Positions 13,541-23,376 of a stretch of 64,000 bases of DNA are shown one piece after another (within the stretch, counting starts at the first letter, position 1; every line of letters begins with the position of its first letter). Location of the stretch: assembly GCA_963677595.1 (NCBI GenBank), contig OY782041.1, positions 2,144,001 through 2,208,000 of the forward strand, read 5' to 3'. The DNA is from Spirochaetia bacterium. Its GTDB lineage: Bacteria; Spirochaetota; Spirochaetia; CAKZLE01. The position numbers and the translations under genes were made by a program. Below the pieces are notes generated by a model. The model ran no database searches. It was not told the DNA's origin and saw only the letters and a program-made list of their open reading frames with translations.

Positions 13541-14488
13541 TCAGAGACGCAAGGACATACTGATGTGGGGGATGTCTGCCTCCAAGAAGGGTTCCCCTGT
13601 CGGCCTGAACCCGAAGCTGGCGTAGAACTCCTCCAGGTAGCATTGGGCATGCATGGTCACCGAACCAAGGGATCGTTCCTTCGCTTGCTCGAGCGCGGCC
13701 TCTACCAGCCGCTTCCCGAAGCCGTAGCCCTGGAACCGGTCAAGCACGGCAAGCCGTTCGAGCTTCACCGTGCCGGGTTTGGAGGTGTTGAGCCGTACGC
13801 AGCCGGCAGGCTCCTCCCCATAGGAGAGGAGCACATGGTCGAAGATCTCATCCCTGCCGTCCAGGTCGATCTCCACCGGCACATCCTGCCCGATGATGAA
13901 GACCACCCTGCGGATCTCCTGGCAGGCTGCTATGACCTCCTGGTGGCGGGTATCCCCCGGGGTAGAGAGCGTCATCGTGACCTTCGGGGGGAGGTATTCC
14001 ATGGCAACATACTCACGGTCTCCCTCAAGCACGGACCCGAGGAGGGTGAAGCCCCTCCGTGCGTACATATCGATGAGGTGCCGCTCGCTGTCGATGACCT
14101 CGAGCCGGATCGACCGGGTCCCGCGGCGGACCGCATGGCGGAGGGCATGGGCGAAGAGCTGCCTGCCGAGTCCCTGTCCCTGGTAGGCAGGATCGATGCA
14201 CAGCCGCGCGATCTCGAGGCAGCCGTCATCCGGTCCCTGCCACGTGATCTCGCGCAGGGCTCGCTCGTACATGTGAGGTGTCACCGTGACGTTCCCAGCC
14301 AGGGTATCGTCCTGGTAGAGCAGGAAGACCGTCCCTTCGGTGATGTCCTGCAGCAGGAGTTCGGGAAAGGGGTACTCCTCGTTCCAGTTGTTGATGCCCC
14401 GGGTTATCATATCGGCGCGGCAGATGTCGATGGTGTGCATGACAGCCTCGATATCGCCGGGTACTGCGGTCCTGATCGTTGTGTTCAT
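13541..14488 (-). CDS. Tandem GNAT acetyltransferase (two GNAT domains; second ElaA/YjcF-like)
   Basis: Two QGxGxG acetyl-CoA motifs; IRRVVFIIGQ and FLEADIPH; start 14488 chosen from promoter TTGTCC-17-TATACT 6 nt upstream. Confidence 0.8.
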   Translation of the reverse strand: MNTTIRTAVPGDIEAVMHTIDICRADMITRGINNWNEEYPFPELLLQDITEGTVFLLYQDDTLAGNVTVTPHMYERALREITWQGPDDGCLEIARLCIDPAYQGQGLGRQLFAHALRHAVRRGTRSIRLEVIDSERHLIDMYARRGFTLLGSVLEGDREYVAMEYLPPKVTMTLSTPGDTRHQEVIAACQEIRRVVFIIGQDVPVEIDLDGRDEIFDHVLLSYGEEPAGCVRLNTSKPGTVKLERLAVLDRFQGYGFGKRLVEAALEQAKERSLGSVTMHAQCYLEEFYASFGFRPTGEPFLEADIPHISMSLRL

Positions 14489-14532
14489 GGGGGAAGTATA
14501 GCTGTTTGTCATGGTTCGGACAAGTACGGGAA

Positions 14533-15249
14533 TCAGCTGTTGCCCTTGATCGTCACGGTCCGGGCACAGGGGGCCATCATCTGAGCATAACGATGGAGGA
14601 GGTCGGGGGAGGTCCGCTTCTTCGTCCGCATCTCGGGGTCGGGGAGGTTGTCCCGGGGGACGAAAGGCTGCAGGGTATAGGTATCTGCCCCCTCTATGAG
14701 TTCCATGATGCGCTCCATCTGGTCTGCGGTGTGGAAATCCTCGAGCACGGTCGTGCGGAATTCCGCATGCCCCTCCCATTCTAGGAGGAGGTCCACTGAC
14801 TGCTGGATGTTGTCCGTGCGGTGGTAGGAGACAAAGTCGGGATAGGACTCGAGTGCACACTTGATGTCCATGGCGACGTAGTCGAGGTCCGGCAGCAGCC
14901 CCTTGAGCATCTGCGGGTTCGAGCCGTTGGTGTCGAGCTTGACCTCGAGGTTCTGGTCCTTGAACCAGCGGATCAGCTGCGGGAGGTGTTCGAGCAGGGT
15001 AGGTTCCCCACCGCTGACAGTCACGCCGTTGATCCAGTCCTTGGTCTTGAACCGCTTGACGGTTGCCTTGAGTTCCTCTGCCGAGAGCCCTGCCGTGCGT
15101 TTGCCGAGCAGGGGCGCGTTGTGGCAGTAGCCGCAGCGGAAGTTGCAGCCAGAGGTGAAGTACACTGCCGTGATGTGCCCGGGGTAATCGACCAGTGAGG
15201 GTTTCTGGAGGTAGCCGTAGATCCCGGTCTCGAGCGGGAGTACAGCCAT
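14533..15249 (-). CDS. nrdG: Anaerobic ribonucleotide reductase activating radical SAM enzyme
   Basis: CNFRCGYCHN radical SAM motif, SLVDYPG, SGGEPT; downstream of nrdD. Confidence 0.92.
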   Translation of the reverse strand: MAVLPLETGIYGYLQKPSLVDYPGHITAVYFTSGCNFRCGYCHNAPLLGKRTAGLSAEELKATVKRFKTKDWINGVTVSGGEPTLLEHLPQLIRWFKDQNLEVKLDTNGSNPQMLKGLLPDLDYVAMDIKCALESYPDFVSYHRTDNIQQSVDLLLEWEGHAEFRTTVLEDFHTADQMERIMELIEGADTYTLQPFVPRDNLPDPEMRTKKRTSPDLLHRYAQMMAPCARTVTIKGNS

Positions 15250-15250
15250 C

Positions 15251-15646
15251 TCAGACAGCCTGGGCAGACTCGAGGATGCTCTTCACCATCTTCGGGGTGA
15301 TCGTCCCTGTGGAGGAGTAGTCGGTCTGGACGCCGAGATAGGTATAGAGCTTGAAGCTCCCGCAGACAGCATCCTCCCTGCCCGGCTGGGGGTTCTCGAT
15401 ATATTCATAGAGCCCGGTCTCGGAGGAGTACTTCCTGACCGTCATGGCCGGGATCCTCTGCGGGTTGATGCACTCGGTATTGCAGAACTCGATGAGTCCC
15501 TCCTCGGTCAGTACATCGACATAGGTCTTGGTGAAGGAGGCGAACTCCTCCTTCTTAAGCAGTTTATCTATACGCTGGTTGAGGGCATGGCACTTCTGGC
15601 AGCCCTCCTTGCCGAATACTACGATCTCATATGGATGTTGTGTCAT
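15251..15646 (-). CDS. Thioredoxin/glutaredoxin-like protein
   Basis: VFGKEGCQKC CxxC and RIP cis-Pro motif; sits between nrdD and nrdG. Confidence 0.7.
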   Translation of the reverse strand: MTQHPYEIVVFGKEGCQKCHALNQRIDKLLKKEEFASFTKTYVDVLTEEGLIEFCNTECINPQRIPAMTVRKYSSETGLYEYIENPQPGREDAVCGSFKLYTYLGVQTDYSSTGTITPKMVKSILESAQAV

Positions 15647-15660
15647 AGCTGTCTCTCTCC

Positions 15661-18360
15661 TTATGCGCCCTTGATCGATACGACTTCTTCGTCTGCGGTC
15701 TCTACCGCGTAGGTCCCTGCCTGCCGTGCCTTCAGTTCCCCATACCGTTTCGACTTGTTCCAGTTCTGAACCCTGCTGAAGTAGCCGACGACCCGGGTCT
15801 CCCCAAAGACATCGGATGATCCGCAGCGTTCACAGCTCTCATGCAAACCCCTGAAGGTATGGTTGCAGGTGTTGCAGTAGGTGAACTCCGGCGAGATGGT
15901 GACCTGTGCGCTCTGGGTCCTGAAGAAGACCTCCTTCATGAGCAGGGCGATCGATTCAGCCGAAGGCTGCTCCTCGCCGACGAACGCATGGGTGATCGCC
16001 CCGGATTCGATGAGGCTGTGGTACTTGCTCTGCTGGGAGATACGCTCCACCAGTGATACCGGGGCATCCGCGGTGAGGTGTACCGAGTTGGTGTAGTAGG
16101 CTGAGTCCTCGTCTCCCTTGACGATCCCCTCTGCCTCCTTCTCGAAGTAGATGAGGTCGGTCTTGGCCAGTCGCCGTGCGGCGCTCTCTGCCGGTGACTC
16201 CTCGAGGCTGAATTTCAGGTTATGCTTGGCAGCGAGCTTCTTGGCCTTCAGGTACATATGGGCGACGATCTGCAGGCCGAGGTCCATCGCCTTCTTCTCC
16301 TCGTGGAGCTCGGTCCCTGTCAGGAAGTTGACGGTGTCGTTGACGCCGATGAGCCCGAGGATGTAGGTGCACTTGTCAAGCTCGACGTAGGGTCGGCCGT
16401 CGCAGGCCGGCTTGCCGATCTGGTAGAGCGGCCGTCCCGGTTCCTTGATCATCTCGGCGATCTTGGCCTTCTTCTCGAGGTGGGCCTGGACTGCCAGGTC
16501 CATGGTGGCATCGAGCTCCGTGAAGAGCCCCTCGAGGTTCTTCTTCCCCTTCCGTGCCGCACGGTATGCAGCCTGGGGGATGTTGATGGTGACGTTCTGG
16601 AAACCGCAGAATCTCATCGATTCCGGGTGTTTCAGCATCCGGTTGTCCTGGATGGTCGTTCGAAGTCTGCAGCAGGCAGAAAGGGTAACCTCATCTCGGT
16701 CAAAGATGAAATAGGTAGAACCGTTCCCGCTCGCCAGTTTGCAGGCTTCCATGTAGATGGCATACTGGGCCGGATCGGTGAAGGTTTCGTCGCTGATGTG
16801 GAAGTCGCACTTCGGGAACTCGAAGACACGCCCGTTGCGGTCTCCCTCACCCCAGACCTCAAGCAGTGCCGAAGCAAAGTCGCGAGTCTCTCTGGTATAG
16901 TCGCCGTAGGTGACGATCCTCCATCCCTTCTCTCCCAGGTACGTCTCGATCTCTTCATCATACACGATCCCGTTCTCGCTGTCCGCGAGTTCTCTCAGGA
17001 CGACATGCTCCATACCGCTCTCGTCGGTGTAGAGTAGATCCATGAGCCGGTTCCCGGCCGGGTCGAGGTCTTCCCTGAGCACCTCTACCAGTTCGACCTT
17101 CTCATCGGCTATCCACATCATGTAGGTACCGCCGGGGCCGATGGCCGGGACGGTCTGCATGTACTTGGGAACACCAGTGTGGATATTGAAGTCGAGGAAG
17201 AGCGTCTGTCCTCCCCGTGAGAATGCGTTCTGGGAACCGTTGAAGATCATCTCCTGCGCAATCTGCTTGAGATGGGTCCGGTCCATCCCCTCGAGGAAGG
17301 GTGCATAGAGGATGTTGATGTAGGCGATCCCGAGGGCACCGGCATAGTTCGCCTGCATGCTCGCCAGGAAGGTGTTGAGGTGGCCGGTGAGGACGCTTGC
17401 GCTCCTCGCGGGCTTCGATTCGGTATTGAGGTTGCTCAGGCCCTGGAGCCCGTACTTCTTGATATACTCGATGGAGTGGGAGGAGCAGTAGACCCGGTGG
17501 GGGTAGCCGAGGTCGTGGAGGTGGATCGCCCCGGTATCATGGGCTCGCTTGATCTCAGGGGAGAAGATGGTGTCAAGGCCCCACTGCTTGAGGACCAGTT
17601 CAGCCAGCCCAAGGTTGACCGCCTCCGGGTTGTTGTTCACGATATTGCTGTTCTCGGTAGGCTTGGTGTACATGAGCTGTTCAACGAACTTCTTCGGGAC
17701 CCGGTAGATCGAGAGGTCCTGGAGCTGCTCTGAATGGTTCCGGTCTGAGAGTACGTTGTTCACCAGCTCCCTGATCAGGGCGGTGTTCAGGGTCTTGATC
17801 GAGCTCTTGATGACCATGTTCTCGACCTCTTTGGCCACACTGCCGGCAAAGTTGACCGAGAGATCGGTCTCCTCGACGATCTGCCGCACGATCTCCTTCC
17901 GGTCCCAGGGCCTGGTGATGTTCCCCGAGGTGGACTCTACGAGGAGGAGGCCTGCATCGGTGACGTCCATCGCCGACTCAGCATCCTCGCTCCTGACGCG
18001 GATCTCCTTTCGGGCGAGGTCACGCTGCTTCCGGTAGCGCTTGTAGGCGGTGAAGACGAGGGGGAGGTTCTCCTCTGCCAGCACGATCTCCACGAGGTCC
18101 TGGACATCCTCGATATGTGGTACCCGCAGTCTCTTGGCATTCTCCCGTACATAGTACTCGGAGGAGGGGGAGTTGAGCTGGATGAGCACCTGCTCGGTAA
18201 GCTCGGAAGCCCTTCTGGTATCGATGCCAGGATCATCTCCAGCACGCTTCACGGCAGCCGCTGCATTGAGGATCGCCTGTTCGATCTTATCTCTGCTGAA
18301 TGGGACGATGTCCCCGCTGCGTTTCTTGAATCCGTCAAACTGAAGTATCTGGTCGAGCAT
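15661..18360 (-). CDS. nrdD: Class III (anaerobic) ribonucleoside-triphosphate reductase with two ATP-cones
   Basis: IHLHDLG, SACCRL, CNTC...CERC Zn site, RVVGYF glycyl radical loop. Confidence 0.95.
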   Translation of the reverse strand: MLDQILQFDGFKKRSGDIVPFSRDKIEQAILNAAAAVKRAGDDPGIDTRRASELTEQVLIQLNSPSSEYYVRENAKRLRVPHIEDVQDLVEIVLAEENLPLVFTAYKRYRKQRDLARKEIRVRSEDAESAMDVTDAGLLLVESTSGNITRPWDRKEIVRQIVEETDLSVNFAGSVAKEVENMVIKSSIKTLNTALIRELVNNVLSDRNHSEQLQDLSIYRVPKKFVEQLMYTKPTENSNIVNNNPEAVNLGLAELVLKQWGLDTIFSPEIKRAHDTGAIHLHDLGYPHRVYCSSHSIEYIKKYGLQGLSNLNTESKPARSASVLTGHLNTFLASMQANYAGALGIAYINILYAPFLEGMDRTHLKQIAQEMIFNGSQNAFSRGGQTLFLDFNIHTGVPKYMQTVPAIGPGGTYMMWIADEKVELVEVLREDLDPAGNRLMDLLYTDESGMEHVVLRELADSENGIVYDEEIETYLGEKGWRIVTYGDYTRETRDFASALLEVWGEGDRNGRVFEFPKCDFHISDETFTDPAQYAIYMEACKLASGNGSTYFIFDRDEVTLSACCRLRTTIQDNRMLKHPESMRFCGFQNVTINIPQAAYRAARKGKKNLEGLFTELDATMDLAVQAHLEKKAKIAEMIKEPGRPLYQIGKPACDGRPYVELDKCTYILGLIGVNDTVNFLTGTELHEEKKAMDLGLQIVAHMYLKAKKLAAKHNLKFSLEESPAESAARRLAKTDLIYFEKEAEGIVKGDEDSAYYTNSVHLTADAPVSLVERISQQSKYHSLIESGAITHAFVGEEQPSAESIALLMKEVFFRTQSAQVTISPEFTYCNTCNHTFRGLHESCERCGSSDVFGETRVVGYFSRVQNWNKSKRYGELKARQAGTYAVETADEEVVSIKGA

Positions 18361-18537
18361 GTATTCCCCCTGTTGTGAGCACTCAATGAAACCCCGGTAG
18401 TGTTGGGCTCTACCGGATAAGATGAGTCACAGTATGTTTGCATATAATTTGATGAATATCGGTACTATGCTGGTGCCGGTACCGATTCCCCACACGTCTG
18501 ATCAGCTACATCCCTTACGTCCTGAACCAAACTATAT

Positions 18538-18583
18538 ACACTATATCTTGTGTATGCAGTCCAAGTCAATCTAAATGTAGTGT
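18538..18583. promoter_or_regulatory. Tandem NrdR boxes overlapping nrdD promoter
   Basis: ACACTATATCTTGTGT (18538-18553) and AATCTAAATGTAGTGT (18568-18583) match acaCwAtATaTwGtgt; minus-strand TTGACT-18-TATAGT overlaps them. Confidence 0.8.
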
Positions 18584-18611
18584 TTTTTTCTCATGTTGTG
18601 GGATCTTCCCC

Positions 18612-19511
18612 CTAGAGGTCATCCCCGGGGGCAGAAGGTGCTCTGACTGCCCTCAGGCTGTTGGTCCAGGTGATGGCGGAGACCGGGCAGACCCCTTTGC
18701 AGGTACCGCACCTGATGCACTCAGGACTGCTGAGTTCGCTGACGGGGTCGAGACCCATCGGGCAGGAGGTCTGGCACTTCCCGCAGGAGATGCAGGTTGA
18801 ACTCTCGACCTCGAGGCGGAAGACCGCGATCCGGTTCCCGAGGCTGTAGGCTGCCCCGAGCGGGCAGGCGAACTTGCAGAACGGGCGGTTCTCGAAGAGG
18901 GAGAGGACGATGAACCCGGCAGCGATCACGGCCTTCCATATGAACTGCCAGCCGAGGATCTCCCTGAGTCCCTCGGCTGAGAGCAGCAGCGGGAGGGCTG
19001 CCTCCACGGTACCTGCGGGGCAGACGTAGGCGCAGAACCAGGTGGTCCCGAGACCGACATCGCTCCTGATGAGAGCCGGCAGGAGGAAGACGAAGAGGAT
19101 GAGGATGAGGTACTTGAGCAGCCGCAGCCTGGTCTTGGGGACCGGGGTCCCCGAGGCGGTCTTCGTATGGGAGAACTTCCTCACCGGGATCCGATAGAGA
19201 CTCTCCTGGATCAGCCCGAAGGGGCAGAGCCAACCGCAGGTCAGCCGGCCGGTCAGGGTCGCTGCCATCGTGAGAAAGCCCACGACATAGAGGGATACCC
19301 GCTGGCCGAAGCCTGCTAGGGTCGTCTGGATCGCCCCGATGGGGCAGGAGAAGAGAGCTCCGGGACAGGAGTAGCAGTTCAGCCCCGGGACACAGATATG
19401 CTTGGCTCCACCGCGGTAGATCCTGCCGGTGAAGAACCCCTTCAGGTAGCTGTTGGTAGCCAGGGTGAAGAGCAGCTGGACATGCAGCCTCTTGAACCAT
19501 CTGAACTTCAT
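18612..19511 (-). CDS. Membrane 4Fe-4S binding protein (NapH/MauN-like polyferredoxin)
   Basis: CVPGLNCYSCP, CGWLCPFG, CKFACPLG, two C-terminal ferredoxin motifs. Confidence 0.85.
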   Translation of the reverse strand: MKFRWFKRLHVQLLFTLATNSYLKGFFTGRIYRGGAKHICVPGLNCYSCPGALFSCPIGAIQTTLAGFGQRVSLYVVGFLTMAATLTGRLTCGWLCPFGLIQESLYRIPVRKFSHTKTASGTPVPKTRLRLLKYLILILFVFLLPALIRSDVGLGTTWFCAYVCPAGTVEAALPLLLSAEGLREILGWQFIWKAVIAAGFIVLSLFENRPFCKFACPLGAAYSLGNRIAVFRLEVESSTCISCGKCQTSCPMGLDPVSELSSPECIRCGTCKGVCPVSAITWTNSLRAVRAPSAPGDDL

Positions 19512-19513
19512 GG

Positions 19514-19663
19514 CTAGCCGATCCCTATGCAGGAGAGGCAGATCGTGATGCCCTTCTGGTAGATCTCGGCAGCTTCCCCGCGGAAGACGCCGATACCGAT
19601 CGCCGTGACCGATGCCGCAAGGAGGGAGATGATCAGGATCCTGTATCTGGTGCTGCTTCTCAT
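19514..19663 (-). CDS. CD1871A-family small CxxC membrane protein
   Basis: One TM helix and terminal ICLSCIGIG, directly upstream of the 4Fe-4S protein; start 19663 follows TTTACA-17-TACTAT. Confidence 0.8.
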   Translation of the reverse strand: MRSSTRYRILIISLLAASVTAIGIGVFRGEAAEIYQKGITICLSCIGIG

Positions 19664-19770
19664 CCCTCTATAGTACGGTAGATCGGCATGGCTGTAAACA
19701 GGAACCGTTACGCCCTCCCCCGGCCTTTCTCGTTGTTCCCTCACTCCCCATTCTGTAGTATAGTGCTCTC

Positions 19771-21642
19771 ATGAACCTGATATCGATCGAGAACATCTCG
19801 AAGACAGTGAAGGACCAGCCCCTCTTCGAAGGCGCGACGCTCGGGCTCGACGAGGGGGAGCGGGTAGGGCTCATAGGCCGTAACGGCACGGGGAAGTCGA
19901 CCTTCCTCAAGGTCCTCTACGGCTTGCTCCCCCCTGATACCGGCACGATCGCCAAGAACAGCATACTGCGCATCAGCATGCTCGACCAGGTCCCGGAAGT
20001 CCCCGAAGGAGCGACAGTCGCCTCCTTCCTCTTCTCCGACACCTCCTACAAGGTCAGGATCCTCAACGAGTACCGATCCTGCCTGGAGGCCTATGAGTAT
20101 GACGGGTCGGCAGAACGGCGGTTCTCCGAACTCTCAGCGCTCATGGATAAGGAGGAGTGCTGGACGATCGAGCACGAGTACCTCTCGAGGCTGACGGAGC
20201 TGGGGATCACCGATCCGGGGTTGCCGATGGCCCAGCTTTCCGGCGGCATGGTGAAGAAGGCAGCCCTGGCACGGGCAATAGCCTCGAAGCCGAACATGGT
20301 CATCCTCGATGAACCGACGAACCACCTCGATATACGGACGATCGAGTGGCTGGAGAACTACCTGGTCTCGAGCCAGGCCGGCTGCATCATGGTCACCCAT
20401 GACCGCTACATCCTCGATGCGGTCTGCACGAAGATCCTCGAGATCGATGACGGGTCCCTCTATGCCTATGAGGGGAACTATTCGGTATTCCTCGAACGGA
20501 GGGCAGAGCGTATCCAGCAGATGCACCGGTACCAGGAGAAGATCACCAACATCCTGCGCAGGGAACAGGAGTGGCTCATGCGCGGGCCGAAGGCCCGCAG
20601 CAGCAAGAACAAGCTCAGGATCCAGAAGGTCTACGACCTCATGGACGAGCGGGTGAGCCTCCAGCAGGATGCGATGGAGTTCAGCTCGACCGACAGGCGC
20701 CTGGGCAAGAAGATCCTGGAGCTGAAGCATATCGAGAAGTGGTACGGGGACCGACAGGTCATCGCCCCCTTCAGCCACAGCTTCAAGCGGGGGGAGCGTA
20801 TCGGCATCCTCGGCCCGAACGGGTCAGGGAAGACGACCTTCCTCGACCTGGTCACCGGGAGGGTGCCGCTCTCCGGCGGGGAGATGGATCTCGGGATCAA
20901 TACCCATATAGCCTATTACGACCAGCTCAGCAGGCCCCTGAAGGAGGAGCTCACGGTACTCGAGTACCTCGAGGAGCTCGTTGACGTGGTGACCGTTGAG
21001 CCGGGGGTCCGGATCTCAGCCTCCCAGTTCCTCGAGCGGTTCAACTTCCCGGTGAGCATGCACCGCATAGCGATCAGCCGCCTCTCGGGCGGGGAGAAGC
21101 GCAGGCTCTACCTCATCAGCCTGCTGATGACCCATCCCAACTTCCTCATCCTCGATGAGCCGACCAACGATCTCGACATCGAGACGCTTCGTGCCCTCGA
21201 GGAGTATATCGAGGAGTTCAACGGCTGCCTCCTGGTGGTCTCCCATGACCGGGCCTTCTTGGACCGTGTCACCGACTACCTCTTCGTCTTCGACGGGAGC
21301 GGACGCGTCCTCGGGGTGTCGGGGAGCTACAGCGACTACCAGCTCTATGAGAAGCAGCGGCAGGAGGCGCAGTCTTCCCCTCCCGCCGCCAAGGTGCAGA
21401 AGCAGGTGAAGCGGGAAGGGAAGAAGGGCCTGTCGTTCAAGGAGCGGCGGGAGTACGAGTCCATCGAGGAGGTCATCGAGGGACTCGAGGAGGAGAAGTC
21501 TTCCCTCGAGCAGGATTTCTGCCGGGTCGACATACCTCCTGAGAGGATGCGGGAACTGCATGAGCGCTACCAGGTCGTGGAAGCGGAACTTGAGGCGAAG
21601 ATCGAGCGCTGGGAGTACCTCGCAGAGCTCGATATGGAATAG
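19771..21642 (+). CDS. ABC-F family ATPase (Uup-like)
   Basis: Two ABC cassettes (GRNGTGKST, GPNGSGKTT; two LDEPTN), no TM, C-terminal coiled coil ending RWEYL. Confidence 0.92.
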   Translation: MNLISIENISKTVKDQPLFEGATLGLDEGERVGLIGRNGTGKSTFLKVLYGLLPPDTGTIAKNSILRISMLDQVPEVPEGATVASFLFSDTSYKVRILNEYRSCLEAYEYDGSAERRFSELSALMDKEECWTIEHEYLSRLTELGITDPGLPMAQLSGGMVKKAALARAIASKPNMVILDEPTNHLDIRTIEWLENYLVSSQAGCIMVTHDRYILDAVCTKILEIDDGSLYAYEGNYSVFLERRAERIQQMHRYQEKITNILRREQEWLMRGPKARSSKNKLRIQKVYDLMDERVSLQQDAMEFSSTDRRLGKKILELKHIEKWYGDRQVIAPFSHSFKRGERIGILGPNGSGKTTFLDLVTGRVPLSGGEMDLGINTHIAYYDQLSRPLKEELTVLEYLEELVDVVTVEPGVRISASQFLERFNFPVSMHRIAISRLSGGEKRRLYLISLLMTHPNFLILDEPTNDLDIETLRALEEYIEEFNGCLLVVSHDRAFLDRVTDYLFVFDGSGRVLGVSGSYSDYQLYEKQRQEAQSSPPAAKVQKQVKREGKKGLSFKERREYESIEEVIEGLEEEKSSLEQDFCRVDIPPERMRELHERYQVVEAELEAKIERWEYLAELDME

Positions 21643-21653
21643 CTTGTTTTCAC

Positions 21654-21682
21654 TCCCCCGGCAGATGCCGGGGGGGGGAAGA
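21654..21682. terminator. Hairpin between convergent genes
   Basis: CCCCCGGCA-ga-TGCCGGGGG. Confidence 0.65.
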
Positions 21683-21689
21683 GAACCTG

Positions 21690-22853
21690 TTACCGGAATG
21701 AAGCCCGGTAGATCTTCACGGCATTCTCATCGGTGAGGGGGATTCGGTCCATGTCATAGAGACCGCCCATAGTATGACGTGCATTCACCGCGAGGGCCGG
21801 CAGCTCCTCTTCGGTGATGCCGTAATCGGACATCTTCAATGCCTCGACACCGCAGCTGACCTGCATCTTCTTCAGGGCAGTGAGGAAGTCATCCGGGGAG
21901 GAACCTTCCTCTCCCATCACCTTCGCCATGTCCATCAGCCGTTGAGGTGCTGCTTCCGCGAAATGGGCGAAGTAGGCAGAAGAGAGCATGATCAGCCCTG
22001 CCCCGTGGGCGAGTTCCGGGTGGAACGCACTCAGTGCATGCTCGAGGGAGTGCTCGGAGGTACAGGAGGAGGTGGACTCGACCATCCCTGAGAGGGTGTT
22101 GGCTAGTGCTACCTTCGACCGTGCCTCGAGGTCGCTCCCGTCTGCCACGGCAGCGGGAAGGTACTCAGCGAGGAGGGCGATGCTCCGCAGGGCGAAAGCG
22201 TCGCTGATCGGGGTCGCGATGGTCGCGATGTAACCCTCGGCTGCATGGAAGAAGGCATCGAACCCCTGGTATGCTGTCAGGTGCTTCGGGACGGTGAGCA
22301 TCAGCTCCGGGTCCACGATCGAGAGGACGGGGAAGGTGTCGTCGTTGCCAAACCCGATCTTCTCGTTGCGTTCCTCATGGGTGACGACCGTCCAGGGATC
22401 CGCCTCGGTACCCGTACCTGCCGTCGTCGTGATCGCGACGATCGGGAGCACCGGCTCGGTGACAGGCATCCCCTTGCCTGAACCGCCGCCGACGTAGTCC
22501 CAGTAGTCCCCGGGATTGTTCACCATGATCGCGATACTCTTGGACGAGTCGATGCTGCTCCCGCCGCCGAGGCCGAGGATGAAGTCGCAGCCGGTCTCCC
22601 GTGCGAGGGCGGCCCCCTCCATGATCTGGACGAGGGTGGGGTTCGGCTGGATCTTGTCATAGACCACCGATTCGACCTGCTGGGAGGCCAGCAGCTTCTG
22701 GACACGGTCAAGGTACCCGTTGCTCCTGATCGACTTGCCTGATGAGATGACGATGAGTGCCCGCTTCCCCGGGAGGGGGAGGCTCTCGAGCTGGTTCAGC
22801 GACCCGGGGCCGAAGATGACCCGTGTCGGGATATAATAGGAAAAATTGTTCAT
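21690..22853 (-). CDS. Iron-containing alcohol dehydrogenase
   Basis: GLGGGSSID, TTAGTGTE, DAFFHAAE, HSLEHALS...HGAGL. Confidence 0.93.
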   Translation of the reverse strand: MNNFSYYIPTRVIFGPGSLNQLESLPLPGKRALIVISSGKSIRSNGYLDRVQKLLASQQVESVVYDKIQPNPTLVQIMEGAALARETGCDFILGLGGGSSIDSSKSIAIMVNNPGDYWDYVGGGSGKGMPVTEPVLPIVAITTTAGTGTEADPWTVVTHEERNEKIGFGNDDTFPVLSIVDPELMLTVPKHLTAYQGFDAFFHAAEGYIATIATPISDAFALRSIALLAEYLPAAVADGSDLEARSKVALANTLSGMVESTSSCTSEHSLEHALSAFHPELAHGAGLIMLSSAYFAHFAEAAPQRLMDMAKVMGEEGSSPDDFLTALKKMQVSCGVEALKMSDYGITEEELPALAVNARHTMGGLYDMDRIPLTDENAVKIYRASFR

Positions 22854-22896
22854 ATCATGGACTCCTTGTATATGGGTGTTACCCTGTATATGGACA

Positions 22897-22927
22897 ATTG
22901 TAGAACTTGGAGTTCACTCCAAGTCAA
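22897..22927 (-). promoter_or_regulatory. MerR-type promoter/operator of the ADH gene
   Basis: TTGACT-19 bp-TACAAT with palindrome ACTTGGAGT-tc-ACTCCAAGT (22905-22924). Confidence 0.85.
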
Positions 22928-22970
22928 GAGCGAACTTGCTTTTTTCCCGGAATGCATCTAGACTTTTCCC

Positions 22971-23372
22971 ATGAACAGACAACGACCAGAGAAGACGACC
23001 TATACCATGCAGGAGATAGGCGAGAGGACCGGCCTCTCAGCCGACACCCTTCGCTTCTATGAGAAGGACGGGGTCCTCGCAGATGTCTTCAGGCTCCCGA
23101 ACGGCCATCGCCGCTATGACCCTGCTGACCTCGACTGGCTCAACTTCGTCGTATGCCTCAGGACGACCGGGATGCCCCTGAAGGATATTAGGAGGTTCCG
23201 GGAACTGTTCGAGGAGGGGGACGAGAGCATCCCCGAGCGGCTGCAGCTGCTGCTTGACCAGAAGGAGAGCCTGCTCGAGAGCATCGGGGAGCTGGAGCGT
23301 GCCCTGAGGAAGATCGAGCACAAGATCGCCTATTATGAGGGGAGAGGGCCGGCTGACTGTGAAGGGGTGTGA
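22971..23372 (+). CDS. MerR family regulator (AdhR-like)
   Basis: TGLSADTLRFYEKDG, NGHRRY, CLRTTGMPLKDI; divergent from ADH. Confidence 0.92.
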   Translation: MNRQRPEKTTYTMQEIGERTGLSADTLRFYEKDGVLADVFRLPNGHRRYDPADLDWLNFVVCLRTTGMPLKDIRRFRELFEEGDESIPERLQLLLDQKESLLESIGELERALRKIEHKIAYYEGRGPADCEGV

Positions 23373-23376
23373 TCTG

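Noticed and set aside
14489-14860. N-terminal extension of GNAT ORF to 439 aa
   Set aside because: Overlaps nrdG in another frame and is low-complexity; promoter supports start at 14488
16913-17127. Intein in NrdD
   Set aside because: Too short, no N-terminal Cys/Ser or C-terminal His-Asn
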